Below, in pieces: positions 62,787 to 64,000 of a stretch of DNA of 64,000 nucleotides. This DNA is from Wickerhamiella versatilis. Taxonomy: Eukaryota. The notes under the pieces are model-generated. The model saw only the letters and a program-made list of their open reading frames with translations. It had not been told where the DNA came from and searched no databases. Location: positions 3,100,001-3,164,000 of the forward strand of contig JAQOWU010000008.1 in NCBI GenBank assembly GCA_030867685.1, read 5' to 3'. How positions within the stretch are numbered: the first letter of the stretch is position 1; each line of letters opens with the position of its first letter. The translations under genes were made by a program, and so were the position numbers.

Positions 62787-63116
62787 ATGTCGGCTCAGGA
62801 GCTTCAGCTACGCCTCCAGCATACCAGGTCTGAGCTTGAGAGTGTGAGAATGCAGATGGCATCAGTAAAACGTTCTACAGCCATAACACAAGCAACGCAG
62901 CACCATTTTCATGCTGAAGTGGCGGACCCGCATGCGAGACTTTGGCAAGGTGTCGGAAAGGCGTTTTTCCGCACGTCAACCGAGGACTACGACAAGTCGG
63001 TTGCTGAACGCAAAGCTAGTGCAAATGAACAGCTAGATGCACTGGAAAAGAAGGAACGCTATTTTAAAGTGACCCTTGATAATCTTATCAAGGCAATTAC
63101 AGAGATGGCTGCTTGA
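62787..63116 (+). CDS. PFD1: Prefoldin subunit 1 (beta-type)
   Basis: Coiled coil, WQGVGKAF hairpin, then coiled coil LDALEKKERYF. Confidence 0.8.
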   Translation: MSAQELQLRLQHTRSELESVRMQMASVKRSTAITQATQHHFHAEVADPHARLWQGVGKAFFRTSTEDYDKSVAERKASANEQLDALEKKERYFKVTLDNLIKAITEMAA

Positions 63117-63223
63117 CGAACGCTGAACGCATGACGAACGCACGCAGATTTAAAGAGAGATACAATTAAAGCAAAAAATTAGATTAGCCTATGCTTATTC
63201 CACGATAAGCATCCTTAATTTAC

Positions 63224-63994
63224 TTAGATAGCACTATATCCCGATCGACCCGCACCGGCAAAAGTATCTGCTAATTTGCGCAGGAAATCACGCACCAGGT
63301 AAGGCACATCGCGGACCAGCTCTGCAATCGACTCGAAATCTATGCGTCCTCCACCAAAGTCATGTGCATAATTCGTGCGCCAGAACTGGAATGCATATAC
63401 CGCGGTACCAATGAAAAGAAGGAAGAAAAACCAGGAGAAAAAACCCCATCCTCCACTTTTTTCCTTTTTAGGCGGTGATGGTGGTGTCGTGCCCGAATTG
63501 ACACAAATCTCAGGCGAGGAAATTTGTAGAAAGACATTACTTGAGAAATAAGGGCGTGAAGGCCACTCTACATAAAGTTCTTGAGAACAACGATATGATA
63601 TTTCGGCAAAAACTTCTTCATCACCCCACTTTGTTCCACTATATTCGACATCAAAGCCTTGCTCGCCATTGAAACCCGGTATGATCGTGGAATTGGTCCC
63701 AAGCTCCTCTGAAGCCACATTAACCACCTTTGTGACTATAACTTTTTTATCAAGCTTTATGCGTTCGACTAAACAAACTTGTGCATCATTGGCGCATTCC
63801 TTCACGTCCACAGGCCCACATGGGTTGATATAAACAGTAATGTTGGTGATACTAGGAGGCGTCTCTGCTTCGGATGTTGCCAATATTGTATGATCAAGCC
63901 CACTAAGATCGTAGGTATTACCACCGGCTTTAATATTTGAGCATGAGAACAATGCCCAGGAGAAGCCTGTTACTATCAGCCACCGGAGGAGCAT
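63224..63994 (-). CDS. ATG27: Autophagy-related protein 27 (MRH-like luminal domain, type I membrane protein)
   Basis: Signal peptide, YDLS..TPPS..INPC, GWGFFSWFF TM, VRDVPYLVRDFLRK and C-terminal GYSAI sorting motif. Confidence 0.9.
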   Translation of the reverse strand: MLLRWLIVTGFSWALFSCSNIKAGGNTYDLSGLDHTILATSEAETPPSITNITVYINPCGPVDVKECANDAQVCLVERIKLDKKVIVTKVVNVASEELGTNSTIIPGFNGEQGFDVEYSGTKWGDEEVFAEISYRCSQELYVEWPSRPYFSSNVFLQISSPEICVNSGTTPPSPPKKEKSGGWGFFSWFFFLLFIGTAVYAFQFWRTNYAHDFGGGRIDFESIAELVRDVPYLVRDFLRKLADTFAGAGRSGYSAI

Positions 63995-64000
63995 GACTAA

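Overview
A very gene-dense, almost intron-free window from a budding-yeast (Saccharomycotina) genome. It uses the standard genetic code: CTG encodes conserved Leu, e.g. Vps13 M-L-E and beta-tubulin H-Q-L-V. The compactness suggests an early-diverging, streamlined lineage such as Wickerhamiella/Starmerella or another Dipodascales yeast (inference only). About 33 protein-coding genes are present, mostly housekeeping: VPS13 (5' part), cysteinyl-tRNA synthetase, RAX2, DDP1, GET4, ALE1, HEM15, an Fcy-type permease, a class II aldolase, CEM1, BUR6 (one 54-nt intron), PTC7-like, CCH1, RSM27, POM33-like, EMW1, ALR1-like, an Ariadne E3, DCP1, a Prx5, PTH4, HPR1-like, SPT20, PEX11, CPA2, EDE1, an LRR/RhoGEF-like protein, VanZ-like, an EngB GTPase, GAR1, PYC, beta-tubulin, two uncharacterised ORFs, ATP12, PFD1 and ATG27. 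No tRNA, rRNA, transposon or CRISPR array was recognisable. Highlights: (1) a highly divergent beta-tubulin carrying F167Y, E198A and F200Y together (plus H6S, Y50F, A165S, M257L), lying 117 bp behind an orphan basic protein whose upstream region holds a tandem MCB element; (2) a permease + class II aldolase pair with GATAA clusters in both promoters; (3) extreme gene packing, including overlapping divergent ATGs and a 1-bp gap between convergent stops; (4) a recurring telomere-like ACCCTAAC motif just upstream of several start codons; (5) a Gcn4-site/uORF/dual-ATG arrangement at the CysRS gene. All identities come from motif recognition without database searches.
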